Assembly: GCA_963835575.1 (NCBI GenBank)
Contig: CAWIGG010000005.1
Coordinates: 1-64,000, forward strand
DNA from: an uncultured Spirochaetota bacterium
GTDB lineage: Bacteria; Spirochaetota; Brevinematia; Brevinematales; JAOACQ01
DNA: 64,000 nucleotides
Direction: 5' to 3'
Below are positions 1 to 9,508 of the stretch, piece after piece. The notes beneath the pieces are model-generated. The model did no database searches. It saw only the letters and a program-made list of their open reading frames with translations, and was not told where the DNA came from. Position numbers and translations under genes: made by a program. Numbering within the stretch: position 1 is the stretch's first letter; the number at the start of each line of letters is the position of its first letter.

Positions 1-72
1 GATCAGCTGATCTGAAAAATTGAGCGGTATCATTTCCATCTGCTCATAATTAACTGTCTTGTATCTTGCCAT
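1..72 (-). CDS. IS1182-family transposase, 5' fragment (partial)
   Basis: Manual translation MARYKTVNYEQMEMIPLNFSDQLI with RBS AAGG upstream; resembles IS1182 N-termini, including the one at 49531. Confidence 0.75.
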   Translation of the reverse strand, partial: MARYKTVNYEQMEMIPLNFSDQLI

Positions 73-160
73 ATAACCTTCCGCTATTGATTTATTTCAT
101 TCATTATTTTAAGCTATATCGATAATAATTTACATTAAATATCACTTTTTCGACAGACTC
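1..160 (-). mobile_element. Left end of an IS1182-family element (continues off the window)
   Basis: Ends in ACTTTTTCGACAGACTC (rc GAGTCTGTCGAAAAAGT), nearly identical to the TIR of the IS at 2064-3742; contains a transposase start. Confidence 0.8.
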
Positions 161-302
161 AACAGCGGCTAAAACGCTGCGGTGCTCGGGTTCGCCTTGC
201 CGGAAGTAGGACGGAGAAGCAAAACGCAAGGCTCACCAAACCCGTTCGCCTACAGCGGAGCTGTACGGCTCACGGGCTTCGCATAGCCGCGAAACGTTGT
301 AC
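161..302 (+). other. attC recombination site 1 (inverse core interrupted by IS)
   Basis: AAC-AGCGGCTA ... TAGCCGC-GAAAC-GTTGTAC imperfect palindrome; core GTTGTAC at 296-302. Confidence 0.75.
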
Positions 303-368
303 GAAAGCCAGGGCGGCGGCTTTATTTGAATGATATATATATGATCAAATTACTAAGGAGGTAATAAA

Positions 369-1295
369 ATGAGATTAATTTCTTTAGTGATTTTCGCCGT
401 GGTGCAGATTATTTTTATTCCCCTATTTATTATTGGTGGAATTCTATTATCCATCAACCAATTGCTTGTCAGTAAAAAGTTGGGAGTCTCCGGCACAGCC
501 ATTTCCGCAATCGGCGCAAGGTGGGTTTTAAATTTTTATGGAATGAGAAAAGATCCATCAGCTGAAAAACTATATCGCTCACTTCCGAATGGTTCTGAAA
601 TAGGCTTATGGATGCTTTATTTTCCTAGATATCTTCGGTACAAAATATATCCTAAATTAGAAGAGGAAGGTAAGGAAAGTATCATTAATGTTCCTGTTGC
701 TAGAACATTTTATTTCGATAAACTTATCAATAAATCAAAGAATAAAGTCGAGCAATTTATTGTCATGGGCGCAGGTTATGATACCAGATGCTACGGTGAT
801 CTCAAAAGTAATAGTTTAAGGTTTTTTGAACTGGATCAAGCAGCGACTCAGAAACTAAAAATAGAATGCTTAAAAAGGGCTGGTATTGATGCATCTCATG
901 TTACTTTTGTTGATGTGGATTTTGCTACAGAAAAGTGGTATGAGAAACTTGAAAAAGCGGGTTATAATCCAAGTAAAAAATCTATTTTTTTATGGGAAGG
1001 AGTAACTATCTATCTTTCTGAAAATGACATTCGAAAGACAATAAAAGAAATACAAGGACATGCTGCATCAAACAGTATATTATTAGCCGATTTTTATTCA
1101 AAAAGGTTGACTGCACTACAAGGTGTAAAATCTACCAATGAAAATTTTGGATTTGGTTTGGATTTTTCAGTAAACCAAGAAAATGTTTTAAAAACATTCA
1201 TAGAGAGTGAAAATGTAAGTTTGGGTGATTTCTATTTTATTGGACACAAAACAAAAAAAGGTGCCTTTGGGGTCGTAGCTGAAATTATTTTATAG
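369..1295 (+). CDS. SAM-dependent methyltransferase (LCM/YktD-like), cassette gene
   Basis: ARTFYFD, MGAGYDTR, FELD and WEGVTIYL motifs; RBS AAGGAGG. Confidence 0.85.
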   Translation: MRLISLVIFAVVQIIFIPLFIIGGILLSINQLLVSKKLGVSGTAISAIGARWVLNFYGMRKDPSAEKLYRSLPNGSEIGLWMLYFPRYLRYKIYPKLEEEGKESIINVPVARTFYFDKLINKSKNKVEQFIVMGAGYDTRCYGDLKSNSLRFFELDQAATQKLKIECLKRAGIDASHVTFVDVDFATEKWYEKLEKAGYNPSKKSIFLWEGVTIYLSENDIRKTIKEIQGHAASNSILLADFYSKRLTALQGVKSTNENFGFGLDFSVNQENVLKTFIESENVSLGDFYFIGHKTKKGAFGVVAEIIL

Positions 1296-1321
1296 ATTTT
1301 ATTCGATACGCCCTGGCCTTC

Positions 1322-1591
1322 GTACAACGAGACTGTAGAAAAAGTGATATTTTGAGAAAATACCAAAATATAACTTATTGCAAAATATAGAATTATAATT
1401 TCACAAATTTGTGAAAAAGGACTTTTTCTACAGATTCAACAGCGCGTAGACGCTACGCTCCGTGCTCGCAAGCTGCGCGCGGTCCTCGGCCCTTCGGGCA
1501 AATTTGCCTTTGGCACACGTTTTTGCTGCGGCAAAAAGATGTGCCAATCGCTGGCGCGACCGGCAAACTTCGTCTACGCGCACCGTTGTAT
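1322..1591 (+). other. attC site 2 (contains a MITE)
   Basis: Inverse core GTACAAC 1322-1328; GCGCGTAGACG ... CGTCTACGCGC arms; core GTTGTAT 1585-1591; 1309-1328 is 19/20 complementary to 296-315. Confidence 0.8.
1329..1437. mobile_element. 109-bp MITE with IS1182-like ends inside attC2
   Basis: GAGACTGTAGAAAAAGT ... ACTTTTTCTACAGATTC imperfect TIR, flanked by AAC on both sides. Confidence 0.75.
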
Positions 1592-1611
1592 GAGATTTTG
1601 GAGGCAGGACA

Positions 1612-2034
1612 TTGTTACTAATAAGTGAATTTACAAAAATTCAAAATATACATGACTTAATATCGAAATTGTGTACTTCAAATATTGAAATTGGGATGAT
1701 TGAATTTAATAATAAAGATGAAATCAATCCATTACCAGATTATTTCTTAAAAGTTGGTAATTTTGAATTAGATATTTTAGCAATAAATTCAAGAAATAGT
1801 AACATAGTTCTTTTAGATCATGATAAGTCAGATTTTGTAATGCAACTTGTTGCTACAAATATATATACTTTTATTGATGCTTTATTAGAAATACAATTAT
1901 TTTATAAAGAATGTAAAATAAATAATAAATTGTACGATGATTTTGAGAAAATGGAAATTGTAGCTAAAAATGCTTCTGATAAAGCAGGAGGTGAGGTTTA
2001 TTCCGATTTTTATAAATGTATATTTGGAATATAA
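1612..2034 (+). CDS. Hypothetical cassette protein, possibly SUKH/SMI1-like immunity protein
   Basis: TTG start after GGAGG; pattern VGNFELDILAIN..IVLLDHD..VATNIYTFIDAL; cassette ends 1585-1607 and 2037-2059 are complementary. Confidence 0.55.
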   Translation: MLLISEFTKIQNIHDLISKLCTSNIEIGMIEFNNKDEINPLPDYFLKVGNFELDILAINSRNSNIVLLDHDKSDFVMQLVATNIYTFIDALLEIQLFYKECKINNKLYDDFEKMEIVAKNASDKAGGEVYSDFYKCIFGI

Positions 2035-2052
2035 CGCTGTCTCCAAAACTTC

Positions 2053-2063
2053 ATACAACACGT
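2053..2063 (+). other. attC site 3 remnant (inverse core only)
   Basis: ATACAAC complementary to core GTTGTAT at 1585; IS inserted 4 bp downstream; rest of the site not recognisable. Confidence 0.55.
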
Positions 2064-3742
2064 GAGTCTGTCGCAAAAGCAATAAAATGAATCAGCGATG
2101 TCATATTGAAATGGCTTATTTAATAATTTTACAAACCATCCCGGGTAATATGATCATTCAGTCCGGATTTTAACTGTATCTCCTGCCCCTAATCCTACAA
2201 TTTAATCCCCAAAGCCGCCATTTTCCTGAAATTGTACGCAATGCAGACCATATGCCAGATAGTGTTTACACTATCCAGACCGCGGTAGTAAAACCTTCCG
2301 AAGTTGAAGTATTCTTTTATCGTCCCGAAAATGTGCTCGATCAGGCAGGCACGTTCATTATAAGTTCTTTTACCTTCAATACTCCTAAGCTTTTCCTTCA
2401 TCTTGCGCCTTAATTCAACCGTTTCAAAATATTCATATTTTACATTAAACCGTTTGTTTTTTAATGCTTCCAGCTTACCGGCGCAATTTGAAAGCAGCTT
2501 GCATTTCCTGCACAACTCGCGCTTTGGATAGAAACGGTAATTCTTGACTCCCCGATCATTATAAGCTCTTTCCGCGCACATAATCTGGCCTCCGGGGCAT
2601 TTGATTTTCCTGATATTACCGTCAATTATTAATTCACAGTCTTTGGATGTTATTTTATCCTTGTTCTTTCTCTTTTTCGGACTTCCGTCTTCTTCTTTTC
2701 CTTCGGGGATATAAAGGTCGATCTTTTTATCTTCACCGTATTGGATATTATCCGATGTGAAATATCCGGCGTCCAGCGTGAACTTTGTGTCTTCCTTCGG
2801 CTCTTCCTGGTGATCCATTACTTCCTCTATCATCGGGACAGCAAGGTTACGGTCGCTTGCGCAGTCTGATACCATCGCGCCCGTGAGAAATTCATTTTTA
2901 CTGTCAACGGCGGCCTGGCAATTATACCCGGGGCCGATTGATCCGTTATTCATTTTCATTAACCTGGCGTCTTTGTCTGTCAGGTTTACGCTTTCCGTTT
3001 CGTCTAAATTCCTGTCCTCAACTGTTTTCAGAAATTTATCTATCCCGGATTTCTGCTGTTCAAACTTCTTGAGTTTATTTGCCATCCTTTTGGAATATTT
3101 ATCATCGGTATTGCTGTTCACCGTTTCCTGGAGGATTTTTAAGATCTTTTCCTCGATTTTATCCTTTTTATCCCGGAATTCCTTCGCATTCCCCGTGAAA
3201 TTCCTGTTGGCCGATGCCTTTATCTTTGTACCGTCTATAGCTTCCAGTTCATAACTGATAAAACCCGATTTCGCCAGAATGTATACCATTTTCCCGAAAA
3301 TACTAACGATTTCATCCAGGTATTTATTGATAAATCTACAGATATTACTGTGGTCAACGGTGGTATTTCCCGCGAGATAAATCGTGTTCAGGTCGTTTTT
3401 CATCCTTTTTTCTATTTTACGTGAAGTGTAAATACCGGACGCGAAGCTGTAAAAAAGGACTTTCAGCATCATTGTAGGGTTGACCGCTTTTGCTCCCGTT
3501 GTTTGATTCCGCAGTTTAACGGCAAATTCAGCGGGGGAAATATAGCTCTCAACATAATCGTCAATGACTTTGACCAGCGGATTGTTTTCCCTGATTTTGT
3601 CGGGATCGACGGTCAGCCAGTAGATTTGATCGCGAATATATTTTTTGAATTTCCCCAGCATTTGACACCTCTTAAATATGGTTTTATTATATTCTATCGT
3701 AAGTTATGAAAAATGTACATGAAGAGCTTTTGCGACAGACTC
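2064..3742 (-). mobile_element. IS1182-family insertion sequence
   Basis: 17-bp perfect TIR GAGTCTGTCGCAAAAGC; 4-bp TSD ACGT (2060-2063, 3743-3746). Confidence 0.92.
2195..3661 (-). CDS. IS1182-family transposase
   Basis: DUF772-like N-terminus (MMLKVLFY..SRKIE), IDGTKIKA, DAGY, IEHIFGTIK. Confidence 0.92.
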   Translation of the reverse strand: MLGKFKKYIRDQIYWLTVDPDKIRENNPLVKVIDDYVESYISPAEFAVKLRNQTTGAKAVNPTMMLKVLFYSFASGIYTSRKIEKRMKNDLNTIYLAGNTTVDHSNICRFINKYLDEIVSIFGKMVYILAKSGFISYELEAIDGTKIKASANRNFTGNAKEFRDKKDKIEEKILKILQETVNSNTDDKYSKRMANKLKKFEQQKSGIDKFLKTVEDRNLDETESVNLTDKDARLMKMNNGSIGPGYNCQAAVDSKNEFLTGAMVSDCASDRNLAVPMIEEVMDHQEEPKEDTKFTLDAGYFTSDNIQYGEDKKIDLYIPEGKEEDGSPKKRKNKDKITSKDCELIIDGNIRKIKCPGGQIMCAERAYNDRGVKNYRFYPKRELCRKCKLLSNCAGKLEALKNKRFNVKYEYFETVELRRKMKEKLRSIEGKRTYNERACLIEHIFGTIKEYFNFGRFYYRGLDSVNTIWHMVCIAYNFRKMAALGIKL

Positions 3743-3852
3743 ACGTCGTCCTTGCCGGGTATGAACGAGCGAATTATTCCATAAAATTAGATATAATAGT
3801 GTAGTTTGTATTGATTAATCAAGTTGGAACATTTAATATTTTGGAGCTTATT

Positions 3853-6213
3853 ATGGTTAATTATGTAAAAAGATTTCAGGAATTAACCCCGGAATTTTGG
3901 TCCTCAGCAGGAGGTAAAGGAAGTCATCTAGCTAAAATGTATCAATCAGGTTTTCCTGTTCCGGAAGGATTTGTAGTTCTTCCCGGATCATTTCAAGAGG
4001 AAAAGTTAATTGAGGAAGTCTGGAAAGAGATACAAAATAACTTAAGTATAATGAGAAAGATCAATAAAAATGCCCTTTTTGCTGTTAGATCATCAGCTTT
4101 AAGTGAAGATTCGTCTCAGGCTTCTTTTGCCGGCGAGTATGAAACAGTTCTAAATGTTAAAACGGATGAAGATGTTTTTAAGGCAATTGATATGGTTTAC
4201 CAATCAAGACTATCTGAAAGGGTTAATGTATATAGTTCTGTGCAGGGCATTCAGCATACGGGTAAGATTTCAATAGTAATTCAGTTAATGGTGGCATCTG
4301 AGATTTCCGGTGTATTGTTTACTGCTGATCCTATCACAGGAAACCATGCGAAAATGACGGGGAATTTTGTTTATGGACTCGGTGAACAATTGGTATCCGG
4401 TGAATCCGACGCTCAGACTTTTTCTTTCGTTAGACCAAAAGGAAAATATGAAGGTCCTAAGGAGTTTAAAAAATATGCGGCAAAATTATATAGATATGCT
4501 GTCAGGCTGGAGTCTGATTTAGGCTGGCCTCAAGATATTGAATGGGCAGTGGCAGATGGTATGTTGTATCTACTTCAAACCAGACCGATTACGAATATTC
4601 AACCTGGGAATCTCGATACCTATGAATGGAATGATACTTTGGACGGAGATTTTATCTGGGTAAATACCAATTTGTCGGAAGCAGTCCCTGATGTGATGTC
4701 TCCATTAACCTGGAGTATGATGAGATACCTCGATAATGAACAATGTATAATACCCGGTTTTTATTCTTGTTCCGGTAATATCTGCGGCAGGATTTATACC
4801 AATATCAGCCTTATGTTATCTATGATAAAGCTTTTTGGGATAAACGTTAAACAAGGCGCAAAGATGCTAAGGGATGCGTTTGGTGAATTACCTGAGCAAA
4901 TGGACATTCCTGTTTATCCATTCACTCTTTTCGGTTTACTAAAAGTAATGCTGCCCAAGATTATGGAAAAAAACAGGAAAAGTAAAAAAGCTGCTCAAAA
5001 TATACTGCAATTTCTCAAGGAAACTCCAAATTGGTGCGGGAATATATTAGAAAGCATTAAGAATGTGAAAACCCTTGAGGAACTTCTGGCTTTATGGAAA
5101 AACATTCTGCATCCTTATATTATAAAGGCCTGGCTTGTTATGCTGGAAGCAGGCGGTAAAAGTAATTTTACCATAAATTTAAGAAAGAAATTAATTAAGC
5201 TAACAGGAAACGAAGATTCCTGCACTTTATTATACAATATGCGCTTGGATTCAGGACTGGCAAGCCTTGATCCTATTATGGGTATTTCTAAAATCATCAA
5301 AGGGGAAATGAAACGTGATGAATATATCATTCTCTATGGACATCGCGGGCCGCATGAAGGCGAATTGTCAATTCCTAATCCCGGTGATGATAGCGATTGG
5401 CTGGATAGACTGATTGCGGATTTTAAATATTCCGGTACGGATGTGGAACGACTTTTTGAAAAAAAACATGCTCAATACGAAGAAGCTTGGAAATATTTCG
5501 AGGAGAAATATCCGCATAAAGTAAAATGGTTAAAGAATCAGGCAGAAAAAGCATCAGTTTATAGTATTCTGAGAGAAGATACTCGTTCCGAGTGGATTCG
5601 GGTCTACCGGATGGTCCGTGTTTTTGCGCTGAAAGCTGGAGAACTCACAGGAATAGATAATGATGTGTTCTTTCTTTACCAGGATGAAATGATTCATATA
5701 CTATCCGGTAATAAAACAGCATTAAAGAAAATACCTGCCAGAAAAGATATATTCAATAAATACAAAACACTACCGCTTTTGCCTTCAATCATCCGTGGAA
5801 GGTTTGACCCTTATCAATGGGCAAAAGACCCCAACAGGAGAAGTGATTATTTTGACAACACCATCCCATTTGTCCAGACAGATGCAAAGACCCTCAAGGG
5901 TTTTGCCGGAGCTGCAGGCAGGGTAAAAGGAATTGTGCGAGTTCTTTCAAATACGGAAGAAGGTTCTGAACTTCAGGCAGGCGAAATTTTAGTGACGGCT
6001 ACCACTAATATAGGATGGACCCCGCTTTTCCCCAGGGCAGCTGCAGTCATCACTGATATTGGAGCGCCTCTATCACATGCGGCAATAGTAGCCAGAGAAC
6101 TAGGTATTCCAGCGGTTGTTGGCTGTGTTAATGCAACTTCCATTCTTAAGTCCGGAGATTTAGTAATGGTTGACGGTGCTCAGGGAATTGTTCAGATTTT
6201 GAATGAAGCTTAG
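3853..6213 (+). CDS. PEP-utilising enzyme, rifampicin-phosphotransferase-like architecture
   Basis: N-terminal PPDK ATP-grasp (GGKG, VRSSA, DIEWA, LQTRPIT), central domain, C-terminal His swivel SHAAIVARELGIP; ATG 3853 after GGAG. Confidence 0.8.
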   Translation: MVNYVKRFQELTPEFWSSAGGKGSHLAKMYQSGFPVPEGFVVLPGSFQEEKLIEEVWKEIQNNLSIMRKINKNALFAVRSSALSEDSSQASFAGEYETVLNVKTDEDVFKAIDMVYQSRLSERVNVYSSVQGIQHTGKISIVIQLMVASEISGVLFTADPITGNHAKMTGNFVYGLGEQLVSGESDAQTFSFVRPKGKYEGPKEFKKYAAKLYRYAVRLESDLGWPQDIEWAVADGMLYLLQTRPITNIQPGNLDTYEWNDTLDGDFIWVNTNLSEAVPDVMSPLTWSMMRYLDNEQCIIPGFYSCSGNICGRIYTNISLMLSMIKLFGINVKQGAKMLRDAFGELPEQMDIPVYPFTLFGLLKVMLPKIMEKNRKSKKAAQNILQFLKETPNWCGNILESIKNVKTLEELLALWKNILHPYIIKAWLVMLEAGGKSNFTINLRKKLIKLTGNEDSCTLLYNMRLDSGLASLDPIMGISKIIKGEMKRDEYIILYGHRGPHEGELSIPNPGDDSDWLDRLIADFKYSGTDVERLFEKKHAQYEEAWKYFEEKYPHKVKWLKNQAEKASVYSILREDTRSEWIRVYRMVRVFALKAGELTGIDNDVFFLYQDEMIHILSGNKTALKKIPARKDIFNKYKTLPLLPSIIRGRFDPYQWAKDPNRRSDYFDNTIPFVQTDAKTLKGFAGAAGRVKGIVRVLSNTEEGSELQAGEILVTATTNIGWTPLFPRAAAVITDIGAPLSHAAIVARELGIPAVVGCVNATSILKSGDLVMVDGAQGIVQILNEA

Positions 6214-6341
6214 GGCTTCCACGGAAAACCCACATGTGACCGAAGGGGCTGGCAAGTTGGGCGAAAATTTATAAATTGCCACTGCCATCCTTGGCTAAGA
6301 TTTTTGTACTGATAATTCGGTCAGGCCAGCGTTTAATAAAA

Positions 6342-6439
6342 CGTAGACGCATCGCTCTCAGCAGCTCGCTCGGGCTTCGCCACATTTTCGCCTCCGCAGT
6401 AGTTGCGGCGAAAACGTCGTCTACGCTCGGCCGTTGTAT
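6342..6439 (+). other. attC site 4 (5' inverse core missing)
   Basis: CGTAGACG ... CGTCTACG arms as in attC2, ending in core GTTGTAT 6433-6439. Confidence 0.65.
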
Positions 6440-6483
6440 GCAAGGCTGTGCATAATTATAAAATTTTATAGGGGTCTTTCATT

Positions 6484-6654
6484 ATGGGAGATAAGTTTGA
6501 ATTCAAAGATTATTTAAATTACTCCATAGCTGGTTTCTTTTGGTTGATTATGCTTATTTATTTGATTTTACAGTTGATCATTTCCTCACAATCCGCGTCA
6601 ATCCACTTCATCCATGCCAGGAGCCTGCCCCCGATCAAATCGGGGGTGTGCTGA
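6484..6654 (+). pseudogene. Truncated cassette ORF (membrane protein N-terminus) running into repeats
   Basis: MGDKFEFKDYLNYSIAGFFWLIMLIYLILQ directly after attC4; no closing attC. Confidence 0.4.
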
Positions 6655-6845
6655 ATCGGATCAGTACAACAGTTGCAATCAAATAAAAATAGAACAGTTA
6701 AATAAAACATTTTTGACCGCCGGGCCGAGCCCACTTCTCCACCCCCTCCGTACCTTACTTGTTATCAGCCTCGTTCCCTTCTTTGCGATCTCTGCGTCTT
6801 TGCGTGAATTAATACCTCTCGCAAAGGCGCAAAGCCCGCAAAGTC
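6590..6845. repeat. Cluster of periodic REP-like repeats (ATCCGYG and CTTTGCG/CGCAAAG types)
   Basis: 6590-6670 resembles 8367-8426; CTTTGCG...CGCAAAG inverted units at 6781-6843. Confidence 0.55.
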
Positions 6846-6918
6846 CCAATAAAAATAAAATCCGTGCTTCAAATAACCTTTAACCCAGACCTCTGTGCCG
6901 TGTCTTCTATGTTATTTG

Positions 6919-8013
6919 TCAAGCCCCTTGGCCTGAATTTAATAAACCATAAAACCGAAGCTTTTTAAGAACTTCTGTTTGACTGGTTCCATAATAATAT
7001 TGCCGTCTTTTAACCATATAAAATAGTATCTCAATCATTGCTCTTGCCACAGCAGTAATAGCTATAAACTTGCCTCTTGAAACACAAATCCGTGTAAACA
7101 TATCTTTTAATGGACTTTTCTTCTTTGACCGAACTAAAGACCAGGCTCCCTGCACAATAACTCTTCTGATCTGACGGCAGCCTCTCTTGCTGATTCTTCC
7201 TTTTTTTTCTGTATTACCGGACTGATCTACCCTTGGAGTTAATCCTACATAATTGCTTACCTGCTTTGCCTTCGAAAACCTGTCAAAATACCCTATGTGT
7301 GAAAACAAAGCGAGACTGATTATAGGCCCTATTCCTGTCATCGACATATAAATAGATGTTATGTCCAAATGGCTTTTTAATACTTCTATTGCTTTGTTAT
7401 GAATCTCTTCCAAATCATTTTCGATTTCATCTATCCTTTTCATTAATCGCTTTGCCTCACCGCAATATCTCTCGCTTAAGAGCCGGCAACTATTATCCCG
7501 GTTTACTTTTGTCTTCAGGTCTTTTTTTGTCAGCTCCGTTAATCCTGCTTGATAATATACAGAATGCAGCCGGTTGATCAAACCGGTCCTTTCTTTAGTA
7601 TAAAAAGCATGTTCGCTTATCAGTTTCCGGCAATCCTCCTCTTCATCTGAAGGAATGGCAACTTCGGGCAATTCTTCTCTCGGTATTCTCAATCCCAATC
7701 TTGCCAATTTTAACGCGTCTTCTCTATCCGTCTTCTTCAATGACCTGTATATCATAGCTATGTCGCCGGGATTCAATACAATAACCTCTGCTTTGACTTC
7801 ATTCTTGATTTCTTTCGCTAACCCGAATGAACTGCTTCCGGCTTCAATGTAAACCGTGTCTTCGGGTTTTAACCACTTCATAAAACGTTCTCTGCCGATC
7901 CGGTTCGTTGTAAAAGTACCTCTCTGAACTTTCTCTCCTCCATCAGTCAACCGTACAACAGCCATGCTTCTCTTGCTTAAATCAATTCCGGCAATACCAA
8001 CTTTTTCTTGCAT
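6919..8013 (-). CDS. IS110-family recombinase/transposase
   Basis: GIDLSK, IEAG, KTDREDA (DEDD), GIGPI, GLTPRVDQSG; likely start ATG 8013. Confidence 0.92.
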   Translation of the reverse strand: MQEKVGIAGIDLSKRSMAVVRLTDGGEKVQRGTFTTNRIGRERFMKWLKPEDTVYIEAGSSSFGLAKEIKNEVKAEVIVLNPGDIAMIYRSLKKTDREDALKLARLGLRIPREELPEVAIPSDEEEDCRKLISEHAFYTKERTGLINRLHSVYYQAGLTELTKKDLKTKVNRDNSCRLLSERYCGEAKRLMKRIDEIENDLEEIHNKAIEVLKSHLDITSIYMSMTGIGPIISLALFSHIGYFDRFSKAKQVSNYVGLTPRVDQSGNTEKKGRISKRGCRQIRRVIVQGAWSLVRSKKKSPLKDMFTRICVSRGKFIAITAVARAMIEILFYMVKRRQYYYGTSQTEVLKKLRFYGLLNSGQGA

Positions 8014-8029
8014 CTTTTTCCCCTTTTTA

Positions 8030-8270
8030 ATAAAATTAACAGAACCAAGGGGCTTTAAAATCATAAGCGTGTAACACCTTACTTCTATACGTGATGAAGG
8101 GGTCAAGACCCCGACTCACACAAGGATGTTCGGTGGCCGGTTGACGATTAATCTCTGTGACGGGATCTTTCGATGTTACTCCATCGATTTGTCCCACGAC
8201 ACGGACAACCTGTGCCGCCGGCCCTTTAATTCCGTCGAATTAAAGTTACATCACCTATGATTCTTTTGCA
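8030..8270 (-). ncRNA. Putative IS110 bridge RNA in the non-coding end
   Basis: Internal matches to target flanks at 8198-8204 and 8152-8159 and to the donor junction at 8082-8088; boundaries approximate. Confidence 0.6.
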
Positions 8271-8427
8271 GGAATATCATACCATCTCTGTGGTTTATTT
8301 AAATCTTATATCCGATATCATCAAGCCTCGAATTAAATTAAAAAGCTGCTCAGTATAAAAATAAAATCCGTGCTAATCCACCTCATCCGTGCCAATCCGT
8401 GTGCCGAATCGGATCAGCACAATAGCT

Positions 8428-9315
8428 TTATATCCCGAGCAGAAAACCCGCCACCTCTTTTTCAATAAAAGGCGGTGTCGATGAGGAAGAAACAACCAGC
8501 GCGGCCCTGTATGTATTGAGCGGAAGACCAATCGATATCAAGCCGGACAGGTTTTCCACAAAAAAAGTATTGCTGTTTTTTTCCTTCAATATCTGGTAGA
8601 GTTTACCGGCATTTGACGACTGCGGGTCGCCCAGGACAAAGGTCACATCGGCTTTTTTCTGGAGCTTGACCGACTCCAGCTCGCGCAGCGACGTGATCGA
8701 GCAGATGGAATCATGGACTTTGATCTCACATTCCCCGGAAAAGTTCTGCTTGAGCACTTCGGCCGCTTCCTCGAACAGGCTTCTCTTTCCCGTTGTCTGG
8801 GAAACAACAAGGATTTTACGGCAGCCCTTTTTATTAAAAGGTTTATGGCGGGTCCGGTATTGATGAATGAACCTCTTGATATCCCCGCTGTCTTCTATAA
8901 TATAGGCATCTTCCGCGTAGCTCATCAGTCCGAGCACTTCCGGATGGTCTTTCTTTCCGGTTATCACAACAGAATATCCCTCTCTTGCATGGCTTTCAAT
9001 ATACCTCTGCAGCTGCTTTACCTTGCCGCATGTCAGGTCGACCACTTTAAGCCCTCTGCGCAGTTTTTCCTCTTCCCGGCGGTCAAGGCCATGGGTCCGG
9101 ATGACGGCCAGGGAATTTTCCGGAATATCCACGGCTTTATCAACAGTCTTTACCCCTTCTTTATTCAGAAACTCAATATATTGTTTATTATGGATCAGCC
9201 TGCCCAGGACATAAATCTTCTTGTTTTTCTCCCCGGCTTTAAGATCAAAAAGGTTTTTCTCGGCCAGTTTCACACCCGGGCAAAAACCGGAATATTCAGG
9301 CAGATAAACTTTCAT
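8428..9315 (-). CDS. ispH: 4-hydroxy-3-methylbut-2-enyl diphosphate reductase
   Basis: GFCPGV, IHN, THG, DLTC, HPEV, DSIC, SSN motifs; three Fe-S cysteines. Confidence 0.9.
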   Translation of the reverse strand: MKVYLPEYSGFCPGVKLAEKNLFDLKAGEKNKKIYVLGRLIHNKQYIEFLNKEGVKTVDKAVDIPENSLAVIRTHGLDRREEEKLRRGLKVVDLTCGKVKQLQRYIESHAREGYSVVITGKKDHPEVLGLMSYAEDAYIIEDSGDIKRFIHQYRTRHKPFNKKGCRKILVVSQTTGKRSLFEEAAEVLKQNFSGECEIKVHDSICSITSLRELESVKLQKKADVTFVLGDPQSSNAGKLYQILKEKNSNTFFVENLSGLISIGLPLNTYRAALVVSSSSTPPFIEKEVAGFLLGI

Positions 9316-9508
9316 AAATGCTTCCTGATTAAACTATAATCTTTAAGTAATGGCTTTTAATTATAGAAAAAAGGCCGTTTTTCCGCAAAGTTTATGAGCT
9401 TCCCGGTTAGAAAATTCAAACAGGCATCCGCTTGATAATTCATTGAGTTTAAATATAATATTTACCGATAATCCTTTTGAATCACTACATTTTTTGGAGA
9501 TCTTATTT

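Larger units (their letters stand above)
6903..8287 (-). mobile_element. IS110-family element
   Basis: TCT core at both ends (6903-6905, 8285-8287); joining the ends builds TTGACA-17bp-TATGAT. Confidence 0.85.

Noticed and set aside
6614..6883. 89-aa ORF
   Set aside because: Composed of repeat sequence
8713..9339. Long antisense ORFs (also 20318-21088, 24260-24898, 30477-31226, 54335-55066)
   Set aside because: Shadow frames opposite well-supported genes; no motifs or RBS
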